Notes: generated by a model not told the origin, from the sequence alone. A stretch of DNA of 20,000 nt from Microbotryum violaceum (GCA_001244265.2 CDLV01000009.1:1974246-1994245); one strand, 5' to 3'; positions 1-10,458 are shown, counted from the first letter of the stretch. Made by a program: numbers and translations.

Positions 1-1035
1 GCTGTCGAAGCTGCCGCATCGCTTGCCCTTGCAGCGTCGGATGGTTGGTGTTCAACTGTGTATGAAGAACCCACGATTGCGCAGTTGCATGCATCAGTGA
101 CTCTGCGTGACCGTTACACCATGCACAGGTCGAAACCGAAGGCGCGACGTACTCAGTTCACCAATCTGAAAAAACGGCACCGAGAACAGGAGAAAGAACC
201 GGCAGCCTTGGGAAGCGCATTGAATGATGGCCTGCAAAAGGCACGCGAACATAGTTAGATCAGATCGAAGTTCCGAGGCCGATTCGAATGAAAATGAGCA
301 CGTCGCATTTCTTACCTTCGTGGCTATGGCGTCGGGACCGACCGAGACTTGCGTTTCCAAATTCTGCAGCGGCACCGGCGACGCGTGATCGAGCACTGGA
401 ATCGCCGAGTTGGATCCGGTTGGAGGGGGCCCTTTGGCCGCCGTGTGATGCACGGGTCCCCGCTTGAACTCGATCGCGATTGACGAGACAACAACTGCTG
501 AGTCTTCAACCCCACGGCCAATTTGCAGGATGGCATCGCCGCGCGTTCGGTATGATAGCCCTTGGACGCTGCGCAACTTTACCCAGTAGCCACTGGTCGT
601 GGATGTGAAGTTGGCTTCGCTGATCGAGGCATAATGGTCGAGCAACTCGCGCGTTACACCTCTCAGGCCGCCAGCGAAAATGGATGTGAATGCATCTCGG
701 ACCTCTTCTTCGGTAATCCGAGGCATGCAGCCATCACTGGTCAAACTCGTCGCCTCAATGACGGCGATCTTGGCTTCGAAGCGCTCGAGCAGCGATGGGT
801 GTAAGTCGAGTAGACTTAAAAATGAGTCGACGATCCTGTCGCCAGGAGAAGAGTAATCGCCCCATCTCAATCCTCCCGAACGTGCGGCACAATCGAACGC
901 AGTTCCAGCGTTGGCCTGCAAGCGCGGAGCGGTTGAGTAATCAGGCGCGTTGCCAGGCGGAGGTGGCTCGAACCAAGTGTGTGGAGTGCATGAAAAGAGG
1001 TGGCGCATAGGTAGATTGAGACTTGTGGCAGGCAT
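1..1035 (-). CDS. Nuclease(PD-(D/E)xK)-kinase family gene, copy A; only the 5' part is in the window. Exons 1035-316, 231-153, 55-<1
   Basis: Near-identical to copy B. ATG at 1035 (MPATSLNLPMRHLF). Intron 315-232 is GTAAGA...CTAAC...TTGCAG, 84 nt with no stop, which explains the read-through 402-aa ORF. Intron 152-56 is GTACGT...CACAG. Exon lengths 720 and 79 match copy B. The motif RGDAILQIG...IAIEFKRG is present. Confidence 0.85.
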
Positions 1036-1236
1036 CGTAGCTGATATTGGACCGTGCTGTTGGACGCCGCTTTTAGTACGACCGTGCCACGTGCCCAGGC
1101 TACCAAGACCCCTGGGAATCACGGTTGAGTGACGAGCGCGAGAGGGAAGCAAAGTTCCTGGTCGGCAGGTGGCCAGAGGCTGCCCGAGGCGGGCGAGGAC
1201 AGGACCCATGAAAGCCCAGCAGCCTGAGGCGCGTAG
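1..1236. repeat. Segmental direct repeat, 1-1236 ~ 12067-13296 (copies A and B plus their upstream region)
   Basis: Base-by-base comparison shows high identity including introns, with an 8-bp indel in intron 1. Similarity ends after ...GAGGCGCGTAG upstream of both genes. Confidence 0.97.
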
Positions 1237-1466
1237 GTAAAATCCGCCAAAATCCGGATTTTGGACCTGATTTGTCCACCCTTTTTTGGTGTATTCGCCC
1301 AAAAATGTCCTTCAAATGTCCAGTCCATCTACGGTCGTCCAACAATAGCTCTAGAATTGCTTCAGATGCTTTACAACATCACCAAAAATCGCGATTTTGG
1401 CTTTTCTAGGGCCAAAATTTTGACCACTCTTTACCTACGCGCCTCAGGCTGGCTTCGGGGGTCCTG
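1200..1466. mobile_element. MITE-like element with ~40-bp terminal inverted repeats
   Basis: Arms are 1200-1241 and 1430-1466, with a perfect 22-bp core CAGCCTGAGGCGCGTAGGTAAA (1220-1241 / 1430-1451). Termini are CAGGACCC...GGGTCCTG, flanked on both sides by CGAGGA (possible 6-bp TSD). Internal palindromes: CCAAAATCCGGATTTTGG (1247-1264) and CCAAAAATCGCGATTTTGG (1382-1400). Confidence 0.6.
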
Positions 1467-1556
1467 CGAGGACAGAACCCCCGAATGGTCTTTTCTGCTT
1501 TTGCTGCAAGAGTTTGACGCCGAGGACTCAAGGCGCGCGCGACCTCTACCCTCCTT

Positions 1557-1680
1557 GCAGTAAGCCGTGCCCGCACTTCTGGCCCTCTGGCAATAAGCCG
1601 TGCCCCGCACGCCTGCCCTTCCTGCAGTAAGCCGTGCCCCGCACGCCTGCCTCGAGCCTTGGTCTGTAAGCCGCACTTGC
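1557..1680. repeat. Imperfect ~33-bp tandem repeat, core TAAGCCGTGCCC(C)GCAC
   Basis: The core recurs at ~1561, ~1594 and ~1628, and in degenerate form at ~1667. Confidence 0.85.
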
Positions 1681-2789
1681 GCAAGAGTTTACCAAGCCAG
1701 CTCCGCCGCACCTTTCAGTTCCCACTGCTTGCCGTTGCCGTACCAGTATCGCTGTGTACCTCTGCCACCTCCTGCCAAGGTCAACGGCCTTGCCTTCTTT
1801 AATATGTTTGATGAAAATATTCTTCTGGGTTCTCTCTGTTTTCACTGCTACTGAAATAGATGGGTAAATGCATACTAAGTTAAACATAAAAAGGAAAAAG
1901 AAAAAGCAAAAGCAAAACAAACAGGGACTTAGAAAGTTAATGGAAACCCGGATAAAGAGATTTCGATCCCGAATGCATCTCGAATCGATCCCAAATGCGG
2001 TTCAAATCCTCGCGGGATCGATCCATGCCCAACGGTCAATAGGGGCATAGAACTCGTGTTAGAGGGCCGATTGCGCAAGGTAGAGTGGACCATTATGTTA
2101 CTATTGCTCAAGCCAATATACTACTGAAACGATACAAGGCCCCATGCGGATGCGGTGGAGCATCGCACCACCAGGCCTGCATTCTGCTCTTCAGTGTGAT
2201 GTGAGCAGTGATCGGGAGCAACGAAACGAGCTTGGTTAATGCGCGCTACCCCAGCCCGAGCCTGGACAACAGGTGACACAACGAAGGGCTGACCGGGGTG
2301 AAGCAAGCCAAGGAGCGAAAGGCGAAAGCGCGACCGAGATTTGAACTTTGTCGCACCGGCGTCCAGCGCGCGACGGCCGGATCGGCCGCGGACGGCCGAC
2401 CGCGCTTTGTCCGACGTCCCGATGCTCCCTTGTGCGACCTCAACGACGGTTACCTACCAGCGAGCATTGAACATTAGGACCAGTCAGTTCGAGCCGTACA
2501 TATCTCCTAGCGCTGCAACACGCTCGAGCACTTACACGATGGTGTTACCCCACCTCTTGTCGTCTCCAGCGCCTGCATCCGACGGCTCGGAGATAGGACG
2601 TTCACGGGCTGTCGTCACCCCGCTTCCCCACAGAGGCCATGTCACCTCCTCGTCCCGCGTCCATAGTCCAGTCGAGTGCCAAAGAACCGACCTCAGTTGG
2701 GAGTGATCAAAAAAACCTCGACCACCGTCGCACCCAGTCCAGCCAATCAGTCGACCTTGCCCCTACCCCAATGTGGGGCGATCAACCTC

Positions 2790-3570
2790 AAAGTCCCGCG
2801 TCGGTAAAGGCATGACGGTGGAGGAGGCGATCGAGGCGGCATGAAGAGACTGGCAGAACCGCATGCAAGTCATGGAGGTTGACGAGGCAACGTTATCGAG
2901 GCGAATTCATCATGGTCCCCCGTGCCCTCGCTGACGAGCACGTGACTTTTGGCACCTTCAATATCCAGCGACAATGACGGCAAGATGGACGTCGATGACG
3001 GCGGCGATGATGAGGAGCATCGAGAGGGCGACGAGGACAACGATGATGCTGGTGATGAGGACGGCGGCGGCGGCGGCGGCGAGGACGACAACAGCTGTGA
3101 CAGCACCAGCCAGAACGACAATGAGAGCGAAGAGAACGATCACGATCAGGGCGGCGGGGCTGCGAGTGACGAGTCAAGGCAGCCCGCACCAGCCTTCGCT
3201 GAAGTGGCCATCTACGCGTAAAGCCTGGAATACAGGGTTTCGCAGGAAGCCTGCTGCGCGTTTATTGAGGCGTTACAGAGCGAATGCTTGACACCACCAA
3301 ACTACCGAAGTCGTCTTCAACGTTGGAAACGCGGGTCAAGGCACATTTGCGCATGTGCGTCACGTTGTCCCGCGGAAAGCGTCCAAGACGACGATTGCCA
3401 AGACCGGTTCGAAGGCGAATCACACCACAACATCGGCGTACACCCTAAGTTTGCAGGAAGAGATCGAGCTTCGAATTCTGGGAAAATCCGCCCTACTCGG
3501 GAGCCTGCGCACCGGCCTCGGCGACTTCGCAGAAGTGCGGACAAGCGCAAGACAGACAGCACGAGACCGC
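2790..3570 (+). pseudogene. Degraded coding remnant with an acidic D/E/G-rich low-complexity tract
   Basis: 2970-3200 translates as DGKMDVDDGGDDEEHREGDEDNDDAGDEDGGGGGGEDD. The neighbouring reading (MTVEEAIEAA*RDWQNRMQVMEVDEATLSRRIHHG) has in-frame stops and frameshifts. Its resemblance to a pogo-type HTH is weak. Confidence 0.35.
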
Positions 3571-3658
3571 TAGCCGAGGCCTGCCGAGGCCGAACGCAAG
3601 CGGCGGCAGGCGGCCGCGGGCGGCGGCACACTTGCGGCAGGGTGCGGCGATCATGCGA

Positions 3659-3791
3659 TGCATCAGCAAAATGGGCACTCGGCGCGCACCGCTCCTTACG
3701 CCCCGCGTCTTGTTAAGTGTCCTTAAGCGTCCTTAAGCGGGGCTTAAGCGCCTTTAAGCGGTGCGCGCCGAGTGCCCATTTTGCTGATGCA
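3659..3791. repeat. Perfect 35-bp inverted repeat (hairpin) with a 63-bp loop containing five TTAAG motifs
   Basis: TGCATCAGCAAAATGGGCACTCGGCGCGCACCGCT at 3659-3693 and its exact reverse complement at 3757-3791. Confidence 0.92.
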
Positions 3792-3994
3792 GTGCCCCAC
3801 CGCACCGGGCCTTGTACCATTTCAATAGTATATTGGCACAGACTTTGAGCAATAGTAACATAATGGTCCACTCTACCTTTCGCAATCGGCCCTATAACAC
3901 GAGTTCTATGCCCCTGTTGACCGTTGGGCATGAATCGATCCCGCGAGGATTTGAAACGCATTTGGGATCGATTCGAGATGCATTCGGGATCGCT

Positions 3995-4254
3995 GCGCCG
4001 ATTTCAAATGCATTTAAAATCGGTGCGGCGATTTAGAATGCATTTCAAATCGGTGCGCGCGATCCCAAATGCATTTCAAATCGGTGCGCGCGATCCCAAA
4101 TGCATTTCAAATCGGTGCGCGCGATCCCAAATGCATTTCAAATCGGTGCGCCGATTTCCAATGCGTTTCAAATCGGTGCGCCGATTTCAAATGCATTTCA
4201 AATCGATCCACCGATTTCAAATGCATTTCGAATCGCTCCACCGATTTCAAATCG
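3995..4254. repeat. Minisatellite of 29-31-bp quasi-palindromic units (AAATGCATTTCAAATCGGTGCGC[GCGATCCC|CGATTTC])
   Basis: About 8 directly abutting units centred on ATGCAT with no unique spacers, continuous with the right arm of the long inverted repeat. Confidence 0.95.
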
Positions 4255-4849
4255 GGGGCCCGCCCGGGATCGTCCCATTTCAGGGTTTTTTTTTGTTGCT
4301 ATGACACTTGTGGCAAATTCAAGACGGGGGGCAATTTAGGCACTAACTAGGGCTCGTTTAGGCACTAATCATCGCTCTACAAGGGCGAGAAACGAGTATG
4401 TTCAAACGATTCGACCGACCACAAGAGAGAATTAGATACCTATACGCGCCTTCTGTAGGCGATGCTTGAGGTTGCAGGCAATGTTTTACAAGACCCCAAT
4501 TCTGGCTTCGGGCTGTTCTTGTTCTAAGACGTGCTTGATCAGAGCCAATGCATAGTACAGCCTACAATGTCGAGCCACCCCCAATGAGGAGGACAGTAAT
4601 TAAACACTGCAACGATCTTGCGAAGATGGTACAGTCATACGTACGTACCGCCGCTCCTCTCAAGCCTGTTGGACGTCTCGGAAACCGCGTTATGCCGACA
4701 CACGCACGCCACAAGAGCCGCGTCGATTTTCCCGGCCAGAGCTTTTCAGCGCCATCGTCAGCAACTTTCTAAGATTCTGTGCATGCTTGTAAGTGGAGGT
4801 GTTAGAGGATCAGGGCAGAGCAGGGTGTTATATGGACTATCATGCTGAA

Positions 4850-5830
4850 CAACGTACCTTCTTGGACGGTGTCGGCGCCCGCTCGACCGCCTCTTTCATT
4901 TCCGAAATTTCTGCCGCGCTGATGAACAAGTCCGGCGTGGTCGCTTGTGGGTCATACTTGGCTGCCTGGTTGCGCCATTGCTGAAAGCTTCCATCATGCG
5001 CAAACAAATGATCAAGTGTAGGTGCCCGGTTTGGCAGCTTCAATGTGTTGGTCCAAATTCTGCAGGACACTTGTCAGCAAATGAACCCTTTATGTGGAAG
5101 AGGCGATTGTCGGATCCGGTCTCGTGTGCGGCCAATGCTCGGAACTCGTCGAGCTGCTCGTTGCTATTGTGATCGAGGCTCGCGACCCTAGAGAAGTGCG
5201 CATGCAGGGGACTAGATTGGCACCGTCCCACACCAAGACTCATGAATCGCGCTGAATTTGACCTCAATTTACAAACTAATGAGACGCCAGCCCAACTGAA
5301 TCCCCCCATCCGCATCTTCCATAATGATCATCCATCCCTTGGGTCATCCCATCAACGGACGAGGGATCAACAACCCAGCAAGATTCGACCATTTATAGAG
5401 CTTGGAATGTGAAAGCGGTCTCGAGGCAGTTGCACTCATAAGGCCAGTCTGAGCCAGTCGTTCGGCGTATGTGATTGGGGGATCACCACTAATGGATCAG
5501 GGACAGACAGAGACCTCGTGGGGAAAGCCTGTGCCAAATGGAGCCATTGGAAACACAGGATCCCCGTTCCCCAGCAGATAAAGCTGAAGAAAGATTCGGA
5601 AGTGCTTACGACTGGTGGCGCCATGGACCAGAATGGAAAGGACATGTGTGCCTTTGCGGTCGCGCGGGGGGCCACCTCGTCGGCGATCCTGAATCCGTTC
5701 TCGACCTCAATGATGCGCGGACTGAGATGCGATTTTGGGCACGCCACAAACGACATGTACTGCACCCAGAGTCGAGGTCGTGCCTGCTTGCTGAATGCCG
5801 CCTCGCGCACAAGGAAAGCGAGGTATGTCC
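4850..5830 (+). pseudogene. Possible degraded fungal nucleotidyltransferase-like (Pol-beta-fold) gene remnant
   Basis: Fragments SFISEISAALMNKSGVVACGSYLAAWL (4891-4972), NDQV*VP (~5007-5027) and ATSSAILNPFSTSMMRGL (~5670-5724) resemble, by eye, the GAVISGS..L / DLDIYVP / FHST.VMN motifs of a fungal family. There are many stops and frameshifts. Confidence 0.25.
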
Positions 5831-7049
5831 TGTCCACCCTTTCAAAGGTATGAATGAGGGTGACGATGGGATGAAGCTCATCCCTGAGGCGGTCCAGCGT
5901 CATCTGAGACATGTTGCTGAATCGTAGGCCTCCAGTCGGCAGGGTTCGAGGATAGGAGGAAATGTGCGTTGGCGAAATTTTTGTTCTAACCACCATCACC
6001 TTCGTGCATGGCTCTGTCGTCGAGATCTGAGCGTTCTCCGCCCAAAGTAGTCGCTATACTCAAACGCAGCGGCAGCGAATGCGGATGCCGGGTCCGGTAA
6101 GAGTGGGACTAGGGGAGTGGGAGTCTGTACCGAACTCGACGTCGATGATGATAAAGCTGATGATGCGGAGGGTCTTGGTCTATCGAAACGGTGTCCAGTC
6201 CACCATAGAGATCGTAGACCTTGACCTTGGCGCAGGTTGGAGCACACGACGCGCTGGGCTGATCGTTTAGGTCCTGCGGCCTCAGCTTGCGTGGTCTGAA
6301 CTGTCCAGGGATGAAACGGCGAGTCATCGTGTCGGAAGATCTAGTGTCGATGTACGGCTGCCGCTCGCGATGTGGAAGGAGGCGAAGGCACGTGCGGTTT
6401 GTGCGCGACTGGCCGTTGGTCGCGCGACTTCGATCACGGGTTGCACGTGACCGTGAAGCACCTGGCGCAGGGTGGCAGACTCAGCTCGGAGGCCACGAGA
6501 CTCTGACAAGACGAATATAGTCGAAGTGGCATCACATGGCAGCTTGCGAAATATTTTTAGGGGCTTGGATCCATCGCACCAATCTCCTAGTTGGACTACA
6601 TACACTGCTTTCCCCTTGACGGCCCCGGGATGGGGAGTCCTGGCTATCCGGGTATTGGGCGACCAACCCCAGTGTGAAACTCGCTGAGGATCGAGGTTTT
6701 TGGCGCGCTCGCGCTCGGGGTCTAGGCTGTAACTTTGAAGGTACGCCTGCCTGAGGTGCATTTGTGTCCACCCACCCTGCGGCGATGTCGATCTCTCCCA
6801 GTTCACGTGTCATAGTTGTGCCTCCCGACGCCGAGTCATTACACAGCATCTCGGAGCTTGGCTTGACAAGAGGCAGTTGCTCTTGCCAACATGGCGAACA
6901 AGTACAGTACACTTATCATGGACCAAACAGATTTGTTGCCTCACATTCGCTTGACGATGATCTAGTGATCAGGTGCTCATTGCGACAGCTCGTCTTGTCC
7001 AACGTCAAACTTCGTTTGGAACAACTGCAGATTCTTTGTTAGACTCACA

Positions 7050-8210
7050 ACTTGCAAGGCTACTCTCTTCGGCGATCAAGGGCTAGAGAACTGTTTTTGC
7101 GTATTATATTGTCTTCATGCACTGAGAGTTGTCCAGCATGTGAGAGCGGCTACATCTTTAAGCGAAGCACAGCCATTGACATTCTGGTCCCGAGACGGCA
7201 TTGCGTACCCCGTCACACGGTTTACCGGCACAAAACATTGGAGTCGTGTCAAGCAGAACTGAGCAAGGAGATTTGTGAACGAGAGGAAATGTCATTGACA
7301 GAAAATGCGACTCAGAAAAGATGTCAGACGACGAGCGGCGACCATCAATGACAGCCGCGCTGACGACGACACACGGCTCAGTTCGAGCTGACTTGCACTT
7401 GAGAAACAGCCCTTGACATCCGGAGGCAGATGATCGATGGCCCGGTAAAGACGATTACTCAATGAACGAGCGGGCTTAATAGGCGCAGCTTTACAGGTAA
7501 AGAGACTTTGATAATAGCCGGGGCAAAGCGAACACTGGACGGAGGACTCATCCGCGGCGAAGTGGATGGGCTGGCCCTCTAGGTCGTTCCGTCGATGTAG
7601 ACCACGCGGATCAATGATTGCAGCACGCCATTCCTCGAAATCATACGTTGTAGGCGGCAAGTCAGAGCGCAAATGAACATCTGTGAGCACCTCCAGGATG
7701 CCGCGATCTCTGCACTTGAGAACGCTCTTCTCAACCCACTGTGCCTCGTGCCCGAAGACCCTCTCAGAGCAAACCAAGCAGCAGAAAGCTCAAAAATTGG
7801 CATCTGTGAAGTACTGAGTCTATTCGATACGGATCTCAGCTTGGAGCCGGGCGGACGCAGGAGTATAGAGCGAGGACCGCTCAGCCTGCGAAGCTTGCGT
7901 GGTTCGGCGAAGCCGTGTGGCGTGTTGGTCACTGCCCGGGCCCGCGCCTATGAATTCGTCTACAAGATTACAAATTTTGGCAACCCAAAGGCGCAGCCAA
8001 AGTGTACTCGGGGAAATACCTTGATTCTCAGTCAGAATACTGCCGCGTTCACGGACATTCTTCCGATGTCAGTCGAGCAATGAGCCGACAGTGTGTGTGT
8101 ATTGTTTTGCGGCGCTGAAGCGAATTTGACCAAACTAGACAAGTGTCAACCGATGATTGTGAGGCAAGGGAAGGTGAAACGAATGTTGGAGTGGTTGAGC
8201 CAGGTTTGTG
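7050..8210 (+). mobile_element. Degenerate Helitron Rep/helicase N-terminal region (DUF6570-like), truncated before the Rep catalytic motifs
   Basis: ...ARARAYEFVYKITNFGNPKAQPKCTRGNTLILSQNTAAFTDILPMSVEQ*ADSVCVLFCG...QPMIVRQGKVKRMLEWL matches the recalled fungal Helitron pattern Q...GN...PQ...LP...D.I.V.F.G...P..VRR.KV...L.WL. An upstream Cys motif (CTESCPAC..GYIF) and LENALLNP also fit. There is an in-frame stop at 8081-8083. Confidence 0.7.
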
Positions 8211-8539
8211 GATTCAGTCGCGAGCACTTGCCTCCGGAAAGACAGCAGCCGCAGCATTTGATCCGTGAGATCGGCCTCGAGCTCGTGACGTCCGAGACGC
8301 TTGCGACTCAGGGCATGGAGTCCAAGTTGCGATGCTTGTTTTCTGAACATGCGGCAACGGCGTGGAACTTGGGGAACGGTGAATGTAAGCCGTGGTACCT
8401 CTTGTATCTGAATCCGTTGCAGAAACCTGACTCCTTCCCCTTTCTCATCCTCACCCGGCCCGGCCAGCGATCGAAGTCAACATGCTAAACCTAACGGCGA
8501 AGCCGCAGGTGCTCTTCATCCACCACCAGTTAATCATCC

Positions 8540-9260
8540 CCAAGGTGTAAGTATTAATTTACATTTTTGCTTTTGTAGGCTCCAGGATCTGATGGATGGG
8601 CTGACAAGCATGTTTGCAGTCATTGGGAAATGCACAGGCGGCGAACCGCTTGGGAGAACCTTCTTGAACTGCCCGATTACAGTCGATTTTATGCGGATGT
8701 CCGAGCGGGGCTTTTTACCGGTCGCAAGTGCGCCGAAGGATCTCCAACGCCTCTCCCCGTGACTGTCCATGGGCACCCCGAGCGATTTGCACACACCATC
8801 CTCCGTGAAAGTGATCTGTGTGCGCTTGTCTGCACCGTCGAGGCTCGCGCTTGGAGGGACAGGTCCTCCGGCAAATGCAGTGGCACGGGCGCCTAAACTT
8901 TGTGCCCCTCGGGACTCGCGTGCACGGCCAGAGCGATGTGAGTACTTCTTGAATGTACGTGCATATTGCATGTGCCTGATGTACTTTGTTTGGCTGATGT
9001 GCGGCAGATGACATGCCAGACCACGCCGCCGCCGTCCGTCCAACTCAGTCCAAGCGGGTCATCGCCTCCTCTGTCAAGCGCTCGGCAATGTTAATGGACG
9101 CCGAGCTGAATATTGACCTGTCGAGCACCGAAGGTCATGGTAGTGAGTTCAAGCCCGCAAATCGCATCGCTACCTTTTATACCGGCTCACTACTGCCGGT
9201 TTCGGTTTCTTGCGTTTTACAGTCACTGACAACTATCGCAGAAAACATGCGAGCGCGGAA
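8540..9260 (+). pseudogene. Spliced gene remnant of unknown function
   Basis: Intron-like segments GTAAGT...TTGTAG (8547-8578, abnormally short) and GTACGT...GCTGAT...GGCAG (8955-9007) flank an exon-like frame (WENLLELPDYSRFYADVRAGLF...ILRESDLCALVCTVEARAW) that carries stops. Confidence 0.3.
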
Positions 9261-9299
9261 GATAGACTTCCGATAGAAGAGAGGCAGCGACGCCGAGAA

Positions 9300-9577
9300 G
9301 TCAGGACCAGTCCACGAGCGGCACAAAGGCGGACGACGAACAAGATTGTCGTGATTGACGAGACAAGAGCAAGCGTCTTGTTGTAGTCGATCCCCAGTCG
9401 TGGAGCAAAGCCTTGGACGACTAGCTGAGTCTTGTAGCTGATGATGCTGGCCTCGGCGTCTTCCTTTCGAGTAAACACCCCACGATAGCCCAGGGCACGA
9501 GCCCCAGTAGGGGGACTCGAAAGCTTGAACACCTTGTGCAAGCCCATGGAGCTAAGTTCCTTGACCGACGCAGCGTA
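9300..9577 (-). mobile_element. Ty1/copia retrotransposon reverse transcriptase (RVT_2) N-terminal fragment, degenerate
   Basis: AASVKELSSMGLHKVFKLSSPPTGARALGYRGVFTRKEDAEASIISYKTQLVVQGFAPRLGIDYNKTLALVSSITTI matches the copia consensus PPG..AIG.KWVF.RK.D..G.I..YKARLVAQGF.Q..GIDY.ETFAPV. Confidence 0.9.
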
Positions 9578-9580
9578 CTA

Positions 9581-9836
9581 TGGTATAGCAAGCGGTCGAT
9601 CAAAGGTGAAATGAGAAGATAAGAGATATGGATCCTAAGAGCTCCCAAGAGACCCAAGGCGAGAGAGACGAGAGCGGCGAGCTGAGCCGAGAGACAGGGG
9701 TACGAGAACCGAGAGACGAGACTGGAACGTTGAGGCCAGAGACTGGAGAACGATGAGGAACGAGACTTGAGATACCAGAAAGTGAGAACCAGCTAGGATG
9801 CTGTATTGGGTCCTAGAAGTGGTCTACCTAAGAACA
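9581..9836. mobile_element. Solo-LTR-like segment (256 bp)
   Basis: It begins TG(GTATAG) and ends (AGAA)CA, has a strong purine skew with GAGAC/GAGAAC repeats, and abruptly truncates the copia RT frame. No matching TSD or PBS was found. Confidence 0.4.
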
Positions 9837-10299
9837 AGTAGCGAAATCCGCTCAAACGTTCCGACCACTCAAACCGCTGCGCTCCTTTCATTCCCCTTCA
9901 TCCCATTGTCCGCGCATCCGGCCCGGTCTTCCATTCAAATCCCTCCACATGATTCATCGTTAATAGTCAAGTCTTGAGTCACCAAAGTGCTGAGTTTAAG
10001 AAGCAATTCGCTATGAGTAGCCTGAGTTTTATAGGGCAGGAAGCTGATGAGAATAACAGTTCGAATCCGAATCTCGGACTTTTCGAAGAAAACTATCAGA
10101 AGTTAGCCATGACTGCTGAATGGAGATCAGGTGGTCTGTAGGAGCCTCAACGCTTGCTACGGTCCCCGCCAAACGGATAGAGGCTGTTGCCCGTTTGGCT
10201 CTGGGGGCCGGAGTCGAGCTACGAAGCTGACGAGAACACTATATTGAGCATTGCGTATTGCAGACGAAACTGAGGGAAGTGCATATGATACAAAAAGCT

Positions 10300-10458
10300 A
10301 TAGTAGAGGAGAGACAGGTCTAGAAGAGTGAGTGAAGATATTACGAGCACTGCCGAGAGAAAGAGAGAGAAGAAGTAAAGAGATCACGAGCATTGCCGAG
10401 AGAGAGAGAGAAGAGAGGAGAGGAGAGAAAGGACGAGAAGAAACAGCGAGAGAGGGAG
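10300..10458. repeat. GA-rich low-complexity tract with a local duplication (ACGAGCA[C/T]TGCCGAGAGA...), in the 3' UTR region of copy B
   Basis: (GA)n-rich sequence with the motif repeated at ~10343 and ~10387. An analogous CT-rich tract follows the stop of copy C (18269-18320). Confidence 0.8.

Larger units (their letters stand above)
1964..3992. mobile_element. Foldback/TIR-like structure: ~180-bp inverted repeat arms (1964-2142 and 3807-3992) enclosing ~1.65 kb of degraded sequence
   Basis: The reverse complement of 3807-3992 aligns to 1964-2142 with scattered substitutions and one 7-bp indel. The ORF track shows the same spurious peptide (SNSNIMVHST.RNRP.NTSSMPLLTVGH) on opposite strands. 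No intact transposase or TSD was seen. Confidence 0.6.

Noticed and set aside
94..1302. 402-aa ORF as a complete single-exon gene
   Set aside because: It reads through an 84-nt stop-free intron that is 76 nt in copy B, and its first ~89 codons start at a non-ATG codon in repeat DNA. The real gene is spliced and continues off-window.
1546..1920. 124-aa ORF with a hydrophobic N-terminus (secreted protein?)
   Set aside because: The Phe-rich start derives from the A-rich tract and the C-terminus from tandem repeats.
2870..3291. Ser/Pro-, Arg- or Val/Ala-rich ORFs, including a signal-peptide-like 61-aa ORF
   Set aside because: They are alternative frames of one GAC/GAT/GGC low-complexity tract.
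3995..4254. CRISPR-like array of ~30-bp palindromic repeats
   Set aside because: The units abut directly with no unique spacers, there are no cas genes, and the context is eukaryotic. It is a minisatellite.
3924..4350. Repetitive ORFs (MHFKSVRAIPNAFQIG...)
   Set aside because: These are translation artefacts of the minisatellite, open in several frames.
4336..4368. CTAG at 4347 between two TTTAGGCACTAA repeats as a Helitron 3' end
   Set aside because: There is no convincing GC hairpin just upstream, it is not followed by T, and it lies upstream of the plus-strand Helitron remnant.
9576..9841. Target-site duplication around the LTR-like segment
   Set aside because: The flanks TACTA and AGTAG do not match, so a clean solo-LTR insertion is not supported. 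The call is kept at low confidence.
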